Source: Alphaproteobacteria bacterium (GTDB lineage Bacteria > Pseudomonadota > Alphaproteobacteria > UBA8366). From it: DNA of 64,000 bases. This document shows positions 54,664 through 62,161 of the stretch, in pieces (positions within the stretch are counted from its first letter, which is position 1; each line of letters begins with the position of its first letter). The stretch lies in NCBI GenBank assembly GCA_965228975.1, contig OZ245851.1, positions 4,917,953 to 4,981,952 on the forward strand, read 5' to 3'. The position numbers and the translations under genes are program-made. The notes under the pieces were generated by a model. It saw nothing but the letters and a program-made list of their open reading frames with translations. It was not told the DNA's origin and did not search any database.

Positions 54664-54668
54664 TTTGA
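53916..54668 (+). CDS. IS6-family DDE transposase (apparently intact)
   Basis: MTPISFKRHRFPPVIIQHAAWLYARFTLSFRDVEELLAECGI...HWHLDEMVIKI...TDKLKSY...NRAENSHQPVRRRE. Start set at the ATG 53916. The C-terminal tail is atypical. Confidence 0.75.
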   Translation: MTPISFKRHRFPPVIIQHAAWLYARFTLSFRDVEELLAECGINVSNETVRCWFLKFGRLIARNLRRSRPRASAHWHLDEMVIKIHNRKYWLWGAVDNEGEVLDFLVQRRRCARSARRLLRKLPKKQGFAPKRITTDKLKSYAVAIRKERLSAFHDQGLRANNRAENSHQPVRRREQKQQRFKSPGSVQYFLSIHAVVQNAFYVQCHLLPRRILKTFPAERFAVSRQSCLAALSHGAATCGRLRQLTCQCL

Positions 54669-54731
54669 AGAAGAGTTGGCGCATCCGCCAAGACTATAGA
54701 AACTGGACGGACGAGTTTACGTGACAATGCC
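54664..54731 (+). mobile_element. orphan right-end remnant of a further IS6 copy (copy-1/2 type)
   Basis: TTTACGTGACAATGCC (ending 54731) parallels the copy-2 right end TTTGCCTGACAATGCC. It directly abuts the right IR of copy 3. Confidence 0.5.
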
Positions 54732-54842
54732 CTTGGGGCTTCACCCGAAGTCGAAGCCCGGGAATTTCATAAGGGTCAACGTTGGGGGCGAGGCTCCAAC
54801 GCCTTTGCTCTTTTGATCATTCGTGGCTGTTTCATGAGGTCC

Positions 54843-54873
54843 TTGACTCCGTATCATAGTACGGAGTGCACAT
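54843..54873 (+). promoter_or_regulatory. mer-type operator/promoter
   Basis: TTGACT CCGTATCATAGTACGGAGT GCACAT. The -35 hexamer and the CTCCGTA-N6-TACGGAG dyad closely resemble the Tn501 merO (TTGACTCCGTACATGAGTACGGAAGTAAGGT, from memory). The -10 is weak. Confidence 0.65.
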
Positions 54874-54892
54874 TTTGAATCGGTGAACAGGA

Positions 54893-55312
54893 ATGAGTGA
54901 CAGAACGATCAGCAAAGCTGCCGAGGATGCAGGCGTCGGCGTCGAGACCATACGTTTCTATGAGCGCAAGGGGCTTATTGACCAGCCCTTGAGGCCAAGA
55001 GGTGGCGGCTATCGAGTCTATTCGAAGGAGGCGGTCGAGCGAATCCGCTTCATTCGGCAGGCCCAGGAACTCGGCTTCTCGCTGCGTGAGATCGACGAGT
55101 TGCTGTCCTTACGCGCCGACCCGGAGACGGACTGCGCGGACGTGCAGGCGCAGGCGTTGGCCAAGCTGAAAGAGGTTGAGCGAAAGATCGCACAGCTTCG
55201 GACGATCCGAACGGCGCTGAAGGAGCTGATTGCCGCCTGCCCGAAGCGAGGCCCGGCCGCGGGCCGTTGCACCATACTGGAAGCGCTCAGTCCACAGAAG
55301 ACAAGGAGATGA
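54893..55312 (+). CDS. merR: MerR-family regulator with Hg(II)-type Cys triad
   Basis: HTH ISKAAEDAGVGVETIRFYERKGL. Cys81, Cys116 and Cys126 by my count (MerR has 82/117/126). Confidence 0.8.
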   Translation: MSDRTISKAAEDAGVGVETIRFYERKGLIDQPLRPRGGGYRVYSKEAVERIRFIRQAQELGFSLREIDELLSLRADPETDCADVQAQALAKLKEVERKIAQLRTIRTALKELIAACPKRGPAAGRCTILEALSPQKTRR

Positions 55313-55313
55313 C

Positions 55314-55583
55314 ATGACACAGAAACGCAAGGTGGAGATTTTCAGTGCGGGCTGTCCGGCCTGCGAAGAGACGATCGCGCTGGTGAAGGACCTCGCCTGT
55401 CCGTCCTGCGAGGTCGAGGTTCTGGACATGAAGCGCGCGGACGTCGCGGCCAAGGCGAAGGGATTGGGCGTCCGTTCCGTGCCGGCCGTCGCCATCGACG
55501 GCAAGCTGGCGGATTGCTGCACGGGGCGCGGGCCGCAAGCCGATGCCTTGAAGGCAGCCGGCCTCGGTCAGCCGCTGTCGTGA
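55314..55583 (+). CDS. small thioredoxin-fold protein with CPAC, CPSC and CC motifs
   Basis: MTQKRKVEIFSAGCPACEETIALVKDLACPSCEVEVLD...IDGKLADCCTG. AAGGAG RBS 5 nt upstream of the ATG. Confidence 0.75.
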   Translation: MTQKRKVEIFSAGCPACEETIALVKDLACPSCEVEVLDMKRADVAAKAKGLGVRSVPAVAIDGKLADCCTGRGPQADALKAAGLGQPLS

Positions 55584-55611
55584 TCTCGTTCGGCTGGCGC
55601 GGGAGAAAGCC

Positions 55612-55941
55612 ATGAAAGCTGGAACCAAGATGACCGCGCCGATCCATGCGCTGTTTGTTGCCGTCGCGATTCTTCTGGCGGCGCCCGGTACCGTATCCGC
55701 CGATGCGGACCGCGCTGTCTATGTTCTGCAGGCCGATGGTCTGGCCTGTCCCTTTTGCGCCTATGGCATCGAAAAGCAGCTCGGCCGGATCGACGGCGTC
55801 GAGGCCGTGTCGACCGACATCGAGAGTGGCACCGTGACCGTCACCATGAGTCCGGGCGGCAGCCTGACGGAAGAACAAGCCAAGGAGGCTATCGACCGGG
55901 CCGGCTTCACCATGCGCGGGTTCAAACGGAAAGGGGACTAA
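55612..55941 (+). CDS. periplasmic heavy-metal-associated (HMA) domain protein, MerP-like
   Basis: Signal peptide, then VLQADGLACPFCAYGIEKQLGRIDGV (HMA fold with CxxC). Confidence 0.8.
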   Translation: MKAGTKMTAPIHALFVAVAILLAAPGTVSADADRAVYVLQADGLACPFCAYGIEKQLGRIDGVEAVSTDIESGTVTVTMSPGGSLTEEQAKEAIDRAGFTMRGFKRKGD

Positions 55942-56853
55942 ATGGGACGGTCCCGGATATTGGCATCGGCCGTCTGGACCATCCCTCTGGTCTTCATTCT
56001 GAGTGCAACCGCCATCGCCGCCCCGCAGACGTTCAACACGGCGCTCCCGGTGGCGGAAGGCGAGTTCGTTTTTCGCGAGCAATTCCTCTACCGCAAAGCC
56101 AGCGGTGACCCTTCCCCGGCCGACAGGGAAGTCGAGGTGCTGGGCGCCATCTCGGTTCTGGGCTACGGTGTGACCGGCGACTTCGCGGCGTTTGCCGTTC
56201 TCCCCTATCTGGACAAGGAACTCGACCTGACAACGGCCGGCGGGGCTCGCGTGACGCGGAGCACCAATGGCATTGGTGATGTCCGGCTCTTCGGCCGGTA
56301 CACGGCCTACCGGGATGACGGGCCGGGCCGCACCTTCCGGATCGCACCATTTGGCGGCATCGAAATGCCGACGGGAGACGATGACGACAGCGATGGCCAG
56401 GGCCGGTTGCCGGCGACGCTTCAGCTTGGCTCGGGCTCGTGGGATCCGTTCGGTGGCGTGGTCGCAACCTACCAGACGCTGAGTTATCAGATCGACGTGC
56501 AGGCGAGCTACAAGATCAACACCGAGGCGAACGGATTCGAATTCGGCGACGAGGCGCAGCTCGACGCCTCGCTGCAATACCGACTGTGGCCGCGTGAGCT
56601 GGGCCCGGGCGTGCCGGGCTTTCTTTATGGGGTGCTCGAAGGCAACCTCCTCTATCGAGGAAAGAACGAGACAGGTGGCATCGATGACCCCGATTCCGGC
56701 GGAGCCTCGCTCTTCCTCGCGCCGGGTCTGCAATATGTGACTAAGCGCTGGATCGTCGAGGCGATCGTTCAGGTACCGGTGGTGCAGAACCTGAACGGCG
56801 ACGCGCTTGAGGAAGACTTCACCGTGCGCGCCGGGTTCCGGGTCAACTTCTAA
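55942..56853 (+). CDS. outer-membrane beta-barrel protein (MetA-pathway/transporter-like)
   Basis: Signal peptide, alternating amphipathic strands, Asp-rich loop TGDDDDSDGQG, and a C-terminal ...RAGFRVNF terminal-Phe barrel signature. Confidence 0.7.
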   Translation: MGRSRILASAVWTIPLVFILSATAIAAPQTFNTALPVAEGEFVFREQFLYRKASGDPSPADREVEVLGAISVLGYGVTGDFAAFAVLPYLDKELDLTTAGGARVTRSTNGIGDVRLFGRYTAYRDDGPGRTFRIAPFGGIEMPTGDDDDSDGQGRLPATLQLGSGSWDPFGGVVATYQTLSYQIDVQASYKINTEANGFEFGDEAQLDASLQYRLWPRELGPGVPGFLYGVLEGNLLYRGKNETGGIDDPDSGGASLFLAPGLQYVTKRWIVEAIVQVPVVQNLNGDALEEDFTVRAGFRVNF

Positions 56854-56860
56854 AGGCAGC

Positions 56861-57853
56861 ATGGGCATGCGACGCCGGACAATCATGAAATGGATCGCGG
56901 CACCGGTCCTGGTGATCGTCACGGTTTTGCTCGGCGCCTATCTTGCCTTCGTCCCCTCCGCCAAAGAGCCGGGCTACGTCTTCACTACAGCGTGGGGCGC
57001 CAAGGGGAACGGTCCCGGCGCGTTCCATGATCCCACCGGGATTGCCGTGGCCGGGGAGGAAGTCTTCGTCGCGGATTCGCGCAACGGGCGCATCCAGGTC
57101 TTCGATGTCGACGGCAACTTCCTGCGCAGCTTCGGCGAGCCCGGCGAGGCCACCGGCCAGCTCGGCCGTCCCATGAACCTCGCCGTTCATGCGGGTGAGC
57201 TCTATGTCGCGGAATACTTCAACGACCGCATCCAGGTCTTTGCCCTGGACGGGACGCCGAGGCGCGTGATCGGGAGCCCAGGAAGCGGCCCGGGTCAATT
57301 CAATGCGCCGGGCGGGGTCGCGGTAGCTGCTAACGGCGATCTGTTCGTGGCCGACTTCTACAATCAGCGGGTCCAGCACCTGCGGCCGGATGGTTCTTTT
57401 ATCGGGCAGTGGGGAACCACCGGCGAGATCGGGATCGGGGCGGGCAGGTTCAACTATCCGACCGACGCGGCTTTGGGCACCGACGGAATGGTGTATGTCG
57501 CCGATGGCTATAACGACCGAATCCAGGCCTTCAAGGCGAACGACGGATTCTTGCGAAAGTGGGGCGGACCGTTCGCGATGAACATCTTCGGCCCCTTCAA
57601 TGCCTGGTTCGCGACGGTGACAGGATTGGCTATCGGCCCCGATGGCAACCTGTTCGTCGCCGATTTCTACAACGACCGCATCCAGAAGTTCGCGCCCGAC
57701 GGAACTTTTCTCACGGCCTTCGGCGAAAGCGGTGACGGCACCGGGCAGTTCGGTCATCCGATGGCGGTAGCCGTCACCGATGACGGCACCGTCTTCGTGG
57801 CCGATTTTCTCAACAACCGCATCCAGAAATGGCGGCCGCCTCACGCGGATTGA
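56861..57853 (+). CDS. membrane-anchored NHL-repeat six-bladed beta-propeller protein
   Basis: N-terminal anchor [23 protein letters not shown], then six repeats of the type GxG.G.F..P.G.AV...G..FVAD..N.RIQ.F. Start uncertain (56861, 56867 or 56885). Confidence 0.8.
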   Translation: MGMRRRTIMKWIAAPVLVIVTVLLGAYLAFVPSAKEPGYVFTTAWGAKGNGPGAFHDPTGIAVAGEEVFVADSRNGRIQVFDVDGNFLRSFGEPGEATGQLGRPMNLAVHAGELYVAEYFNDRIQVFALDGTPRRVIGSPGSGPGQFNAPGGVAVAANGDLFVADFYNQRVQHLRPDGSFIGQWGTTGEIGIGAGRFNYPTDAALGTDGMVYVADGYNDRIQAFKANDGFLRKWGGPFAMNIFGPFNAWFATVTGLAIGPDGNLFVADFYNDRIQKFAPDGTFLTAFGESGDGTGQFGHPMAVAVTDDGTVFVADFLNNRIQKWRPPHAD

Positions 57854-57978
57854 GGCAGTTCCACTCTATGAAGCAATGGGCATTTGCGGATGCCTGTAAA
57901 ATCCGTCGCCTGTTGACGAGCTCTGATCGCCGAAACCGAAAATTGCGGCGACGGCACACCGTTTGTTATGAAAATAGC

Positions 57979-58305
57979 ATGACCACAATTGCCGCATATA
58001 TCGGTGCCGCTCTTGCAGAGATCGCCGGATGCTTCGCGTTCTGGGCGTGGCTCCGTCTCGACAAGTCGATCTGGTGGCTCGTGCCTGGCATGACCTCATT
58101 GGCACTCTTCGCCTATCTGCTGACCCTTGCCGACGTTCAGGCGGCAGGGCGTGCCTACGCGGCTTACGGAGGCGTCTACATCGCCGCATCGCTGATGTGG
58201 CTCTGGGTCGTAGAGGGCGTCGGTCCCGATCGCTGGGATTTGATCGGCGCCAGTGTTGTCTTGATTGGGGCCGGTATCATCCTCTTCGCGCCACATAGTT
58301 CTTGA
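57979..58305 (+). CDS. ynfA: YnfA/UPF0060-family small membrane protein
   Basis: [27 protein letters not shown]...[28 protein letters not shown] is the UPF0060 pattern. 108 aa. Confidence 0.75.
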   Translation: MTTIAAYIGAALAEIAGCFAFWAWLRLDKSIWWLVPGMTSLALFAYLLTLADVQAAGRAYAAYGGVYIAASLMWLWVVEGVGPDRWDLIGASVVLIGAGIILFAPHSS

Positions 58306-58334
58306 GCGGTATCGATGTTCATCGTCGCGTATCG

Positions 58335-58754
58335 TCATTCTGCATCCTGCAAGGCGTCGATGATCGGACAGTCCGGAACGTCGCCACCTTGACACTTGGC
58401 CGACACCTCGGAAAGCATCACCTCCAATCGTCGCAGATCGGTGATTTTCTTTCGGATGCTGTCGAGGTGGCTCTGGGTAAGAGCCAGCACTTCGCCGCAG
58501 GTATACGCATTGGAATCAACGAGGCTGAGCAAGCTGCGCAACTCGTCGATAGAGAATCCGAGTTCCCGTCCGCGCAGGATGAAGCCGAGCCGCGCCTGAT
58601 CCGCGGGTTCGTAAAGTCGGTGGCCGCCGTCGGACCGGCCAGGTTCTGCCAGCAATCCGATCTTCTCGTAGTAGCGGATCGTCTCGATGTTGCAGCCCGA
58701 GCGCTTCGACAATTCGCCGCGCTTGATCGGACCTCTCGCCGACGTGAACGCCAT
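58335..58754 (-). CDS. merR: MerR mercuric-resistance regulator
   Basis: HTH GELSKRSGCNIETIRYYEKIGLL. Cys86, Cys121 and Cys129 by my count. Divergent from merT. Confidence 0.85.
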   Translation of the reverse strand: MAFTSARGPIKRGELSKRSGCNIETIRYYEKIGLLAEPGRSDGGHRLYEPADQARLGFILRGRELGFSIDELRSLLSLVDSNAYTCGEVLALTQSHLDSIRKKITDLRRLEVMLSEVSAKCQGGDVPDCPIIDALQDAE

Positions 58755-58769
58755 TCCGTAAAATACCTC

Positions 58770-58800
58770 TTGAGCCTGTAGTTACTACAGCCCCTAAGTT
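58770..58800 (+). promoter_or_regulatory. mer operator/promoter (19-bp spacer)
   Basis: TTGAGC-CTGTAGTTACTACAGCCCC-TAAGTT, with a perfect dyad CTGTAGT-T-ACTACAG in the spacer. Confidence 0.75.
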
Positions 58801-58830
58801 AGCATGCATTGGAAGATTGGAGCAAATATT

Positions 58831-59229
58831 GTGGCTCAAGCCGATGAGCATGTGGGAGTAAGCACCGCGACTGGCGACGAAGGCCGCAAAACCTGGGTTG
58901 CCGCCGGCGGAATCCTGGGTGCGATTGCCGCTTCGTCCTGCTGCATCCTGCCCCTTGTGTTGTTCAGTCTTGGGGCCGGGGGCGCATGGATCGGTAACCT
59001 CACTGCCCTTGCACCCTATCAGCCGATCTTCGTGGCCATCACGGTCGGCTTTCTCGGTTACGGCTATTGGCTTGTCTATCGCAAGCCCAAAGCAGTCTGT
59101 GCCGATGAGTCGGCCTGCGCCCGGCCATTACCCAATCGGATCGTGAAGCTGGCCCTGTGGCTTGCGACGGCACTGGTCGCGGCGGCGATTGTCTTTCCGT
59201 ACGTCGCGCCGATGTTGCTCGGCACTTAG
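58831..59229 (+). CDS. merT: MerT-like mercuric ion transporter
   Basis: First TM with a vicinal Cys pair (GAIAASSCCILPLVLFSLG) and a second Cys pair CADESAC in the loop. GTG at 58831 preceded by GGAG. The ATG at 58804 lies inside the promoter, so it was rejected as the start. Confidence 0.75.
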   Translation: MAQADEHVGVSTATGDEGRKTWVAAGGILGAIAASSCCILPLVLFSLGAGGAWIGNLTALAPYQPIFVAITVGFLGYGYWLVYRKPKAVCADESACARPLPNRIVKLALWLATALVAAAIVFPYVAPMLLGT

Positions 59230-59255
59230 AAACCTAGAGAAGGAGAGCCATCAGC

Positions 59256-59540
59256 ATGAAGGCCACCCTTAGAACGGTTATTTTCGCCGGGACTCTTTTA
59301 ACCGCGACCTCGGCATTCGCGGGGGAGCAGACCGTGACCCTGGAGGTCAGCGGGATGACCTGCGCGTCCTGTCCCTACATCGTCAAGCAGACTCTGGCCG
59401 CTGTCGATGGCGTGACGGATGTTGAAGTCTCATTCGCGGAGAAATCCGCGGTCGTCACTTATGACGACAGCAAAACCGAAGTGGCGGCGCTAACCGCCGC
59501 GACTGGCAAAATGGGCTTTCCCTCCACGGTGAAAGAATAG
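59256..59540 (+). CDS. merP: MerP periplasmic mercury-binding protein
   Basis: Signal peptide followed by the HMA motif GMTCASCPYIVKQTL. Confidence 0.9.
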   Translation: MKATLRTVIFAGTLLTATSAFAGEQTVTLEVSGMTCASCPYIVKQTLAAVDGVTDVEVSFAEKSAVVTYDDSKTEVAALTAATGKMGFPSTVKE

Positions 59541-59546
59541 ACCACC

Positions 59547-59792
59547 GTGAATGAAAAACTCCTCGCCGGTCTTGTCGCCGCTGTTGCCATCGCGCCCCTC
59601 TGTGCCGTGTGCATTCTTGGGCCGGCAGTGATCGCCTCGATTTTCACGGGCATTGCGTCCAGGTTAGGCGGTTTCGATGTGGCTGTGACGGCGGGCCTTG
59701 CCTTTGTCGCGGGAATCACCGTGCTCGCGATTGTCCGTAAGCGCAAGGGGCGGCGGACCCCGGCAATGCCGGCAGGAGAGACCAGCCAATGA
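59547..59792 (+). CDS. small 2-TM membrane protein with CxxC in TM1 (possible mercury uptake accessory)
   Basis: VAAVAIAPLCAVCILGPAV... 81 aa, GTG start, overlaps the next gene by 4 nt. Confidence 0.5.
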   Translation: MNEKLLAGLVAAVAIAPLCAVCILGPAVIASIFTGIASRLGGFDVAVTAGLAFVAGITVLAIVRKRKGRRTPAMPAGETSQ

Positions 59793-60187
59793 ACGACAAA
59801 AAACTACTTCGCACGGGCTCCATAGGGGCGACCATCGCCGCCATTTGTTGTTTCACGCCCGCCCTGGTCGTTCTCGTCGGGTTTGTGGGACTATCGGCGG
59901 TCGTCGGCTGGCTGGACTATGGCTTGTTCCCGATCTTGTTCGCCTCCATGGGGCTGATCGCCTATGCGCTTTATCTGCGCTCGGGACGCAAAGGTTCGTC
60001 GCCGACGCCCGTGATCGTCGTGGCGGTCGTTGCGCTTTCCGCGCTCCTCTTCTGGCTCGAATTCAGATACGCGCTGCGCATCTCCATAGCGGCCGCCGTC
60101 GCCGTTGCGGCCTACGCATACTATCTGCGGGCCCGTATACGGCGGCAAAGCGGCCAATCGGCCGAGACGAAGGAAACAATTTCATGA
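59789..60187 (+). CDS. merF: MerF-like mercury transporter (extended)
   Basis: GATIAAICCFTPALVVLVGF is the vicinal-Cys TM typical of MerF. An extra C-terminal TM pair is present. ATGA overlap with merA. Confidence 0.65.
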   Translation: MNDKKLLRTGSIGATIAAICCFTPALVVLVGFVGLSAVVGWLDYGLFPILFASMGLIAYALYLRSGRKGSSPTPVIVVAVVALSALLFWLEFRYALRISIAAAVAVAAYAYYLRARIRRQSGQSAETKETIS

Positions 60188-61614
60188 GCCAAACCTGCTG
60201 TTCGCCACCGAAACAAAACGGCCGTTACGATCTCGCCGTTATCGGCGCGGGATCGGCCGGCTTTTCGGCCGCCATCACCGCCGCCGATCTCGGCGCGCAG
60301 GTGGCCCTGATCGGTCACGGAACGATTGGCGGGACCTGCGTCAATGTGGGCTGCGTGCCTTCGAAAGCGTTGATCCGCGCCGCTGAGGCGATCCACCATG
60401 CCAATTCCGCGTCCCGGTTTGCCGGGGTCGAGGCGGCGGGCCGGGTCAAAGATTGGAACGCGCTGCGGGCGCAGAAAGATGAGCTGGTGACCTCGCTCCG
60501 CCAGACCAAATACATCGACCTGCTCCCGGCCTACAATGGCGTTGCCTACCTCGAAGGAAAGGCTCGTCTTGGGAACGGCGGCGTTCTCGTTGGCGGAGAG
60601 CACATCGATGCCGGCAAGGTCATTATTGCGACGGGATCGCACGAGTTCGTGCCGGCTATCCCCGGCATCGAGGACATTCCCTACCTGACCAGCACGACGG
60701 CTTTTGAAATGGAAAACCTGCCCGAATCCATGCTTGTGATCGGCGGGGGCTATATCGGTTGCGAGCTGGCGCAGATGTTTGTTCGTGCCGGCGTGAGGGT
60801 AACAATCCTGTTCCGCAGCCGCCTTTTACCGGAAGGCGATGCCGAGATTAGCAAGGCGCTGGCGAGCTATTTCGAAGATGAAGGAATCACCGTGCAGCGG
60901 GTGGATGCGTATGAGAGCATCCATACGGACGACGACGGCATTGCCCTCACAGCGACCATAGACGGCTCCGCCGAAACCCTCGAGGCGGAACGCGTTCTGC
61001 TAAGCGCCGGCCGCAAAGCCAACACCGAAGGCGTGGGCTTACAAGAAGCCGGTGTAAATCTACTTCCGAATGGTGGGATCGAGGTCGACGACCGCATGCG
61101 CACGAGCAAGGCGGGTGTCTATGCCGCTGGCGATGTGACCGGGCGCGACCAGTTCGTTTATATGGCCGCCTATGGCGCGAAGATCGCAGCATTCAATGCT
61201 TTGAACGGTGATGGTCGAAGCTACGATAATCTGACGATGCCGGCGGTCGTCTTTACCGACCCGCAGGTGGCGAGCGTCGGCCTCACAGAAGCGGCGGCCA
61301 GGGCGCAAGGAATCGACGCGAAGACCTCCGTTCTGTCCTTGGACAATGTTCCGCGCGCGCTTGCGGCGCGTGATACCCGTGGGTTGATCAAACTGGTCGC
61401 CGACAGTGCGAGCGGCAAGCTGATAGGCGCCCATATCCTGGCGCCCGAGGGCGCCGACAGCATTCAGACCGCTGCAATCGCTATCAAGCATGGTATGACC
61501 TACGCTGAACTCGGAGACATGATCTTCCCGTACCTCACCACGGTCGAAGGTTTGAAGCTCGCTGCCCAGACCTTCGACATGGACGTGTCCAAGCTCTCGT
61601 GCTGTGCCGGGTGA
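60184..61614 (+). CDS. merA: mercuric reductase MerA, core form without NmerA domain
   Basis: FAD motif DLAVIGAGSAG, redox-active GGTCVNVGCVPSK, C-terminal KLSCCAG. Start at the ATG 60184. N-terminus is MSQTCCSPP. Confidence 0.9.
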   Translation: MSQTCCSPPKQNGRYDLAVIGAGSAGFSAAITAADLGAQVALIGHGTIGGTCVNVGCVPSKALIRAAEAIHHANSASRFAGVEAAGRVKDWNALRAQKDELVTSLRQTKYIDLLPAYNGVAYLEGKARLGNGGVLVGGEHIDAGKVIIATGSHEFVPAIPGIEDIPYLTSTTAFEMENLPESMLVIGGGYIGCELAQMFVRAGVRVTILFRSRLLPEGDAEISKALASYFEDEGITVQRVDAYESIHTDDDGIALTATIDGSAETLEAERVLLSAGRKANTEGVGLQEAGVNLLPNGGIEVDDRMRTSKAGVYAAGDVTGRDQFVYMAAYGAKIAAFNALNGDGRSYDNLTMPAVVFTDPQVASVGLTEAAARAQGIDAKTSVLSLDNVPRALAARDTRGLIKLVADSASGKLIGAHILAPEGADSIQTAAIAIKHGMTYAELGDMIFPYLTTVEGLKLAAQTFDMDVSKLSCCAG

Positions 61615-61685
61615 AGCCGAGGATACAGATTCCTGCGGCAAATTGGACCTGGACAGAGGTTTGAAGGGATATTACTTGTTGGATT

Positions 61686-62024
61686 ATGAGTAAACTCGCT
61701 CGCTTTCTTGTGATCGTCTTGCTCGCGGCATTTGCCGTGGGAATGGTCGCCCACGCGGCGAGCGCGACGAGCATGGCCGTGAAAATGTCGCTGGCCGATA
61801 CGAACGGCGGCAATATGGGAGATTGCCCTGACTGCTCCGGGGATGAAGGCAGAGTTCCTCTCTGCGACCAGGTCTGCGTGACTCCTTTTGTGGCTGTGCC
61901 GGCTAGCGCTGCGCTGCCTCTGCCGCTGTTCCCGTACAATCATGTCAACCTTCCATTAGGCGACTCCACCAGCTTGTCTGGTCCGCCCGATCCATATCCT
62001 CCCCGAACCAACATCCTGATCTGA
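61686..62024 (+). CDS. hypothetical exported Cys-rich protein
   Basis: Signal MSKLARFLVIVLLAAFAVGMVAHA, then GDCPDCSGDEGRVPLCDQVC and a Pro-rich tail. Lies between merA and the multicopper oxidase gene. Confidence 0.5.
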   Translation: MSKLARFLVIVLLAAFAVGMVAHAASATSMAVKMSLADTNGGNMGDCPDCSGDEGRVPLCDQVCVTPFVAVPASAALPLPLFPYNHVNLPLGDSTSLSGPPDPYPPRTNILI

Positions 62025-62161
62025 CACTACCCGGACTCCGTCCGTAGCAAGGTGTCAGCTGATCGCGTGTGCCCCTTTTTGGGTTGCGCAAGATCGTAAT
62101 CCTGCATTGAGGCGCGAGCGCGCCACGACGCAGGTGGCAGAACCATCAGGATGGTGGACCC

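Noticed and set aside
55342-56922. 526-aa ORF on the minus strand, the longest unexplained ORF in the track.
   Set aside because: It lies antisense to four well-supported plus-strand genes (thioredoxin-like, HMA, OM barrel, NHL). Its translation is Arg/Gly/Pro/Ala-rich with no motif. It is a typical shadow ORF of high-GC DNA.
56843-57844. 333-aa minus-strand ORF opposite the NHL-repeat gene.
   Set aside because: The plus-strand frame shows six clear NHL repeats. The antisense translation is low-complexity and has no recognisable domain.
59698-60183. Upstream in-frame extension of merA (track ORF 59698-61614, 638 aa), which could have been an NmerA domain.
   Set aside because: The extension translates to an Arg/Pro-rich sequence without GMTCxxC. 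It overlaps the merF-like and 81-aa membrane-protein genes, which have sensible TM sequences. The ATG at 60184 gives a canonical FAD-domain start with an ATGA overlap.
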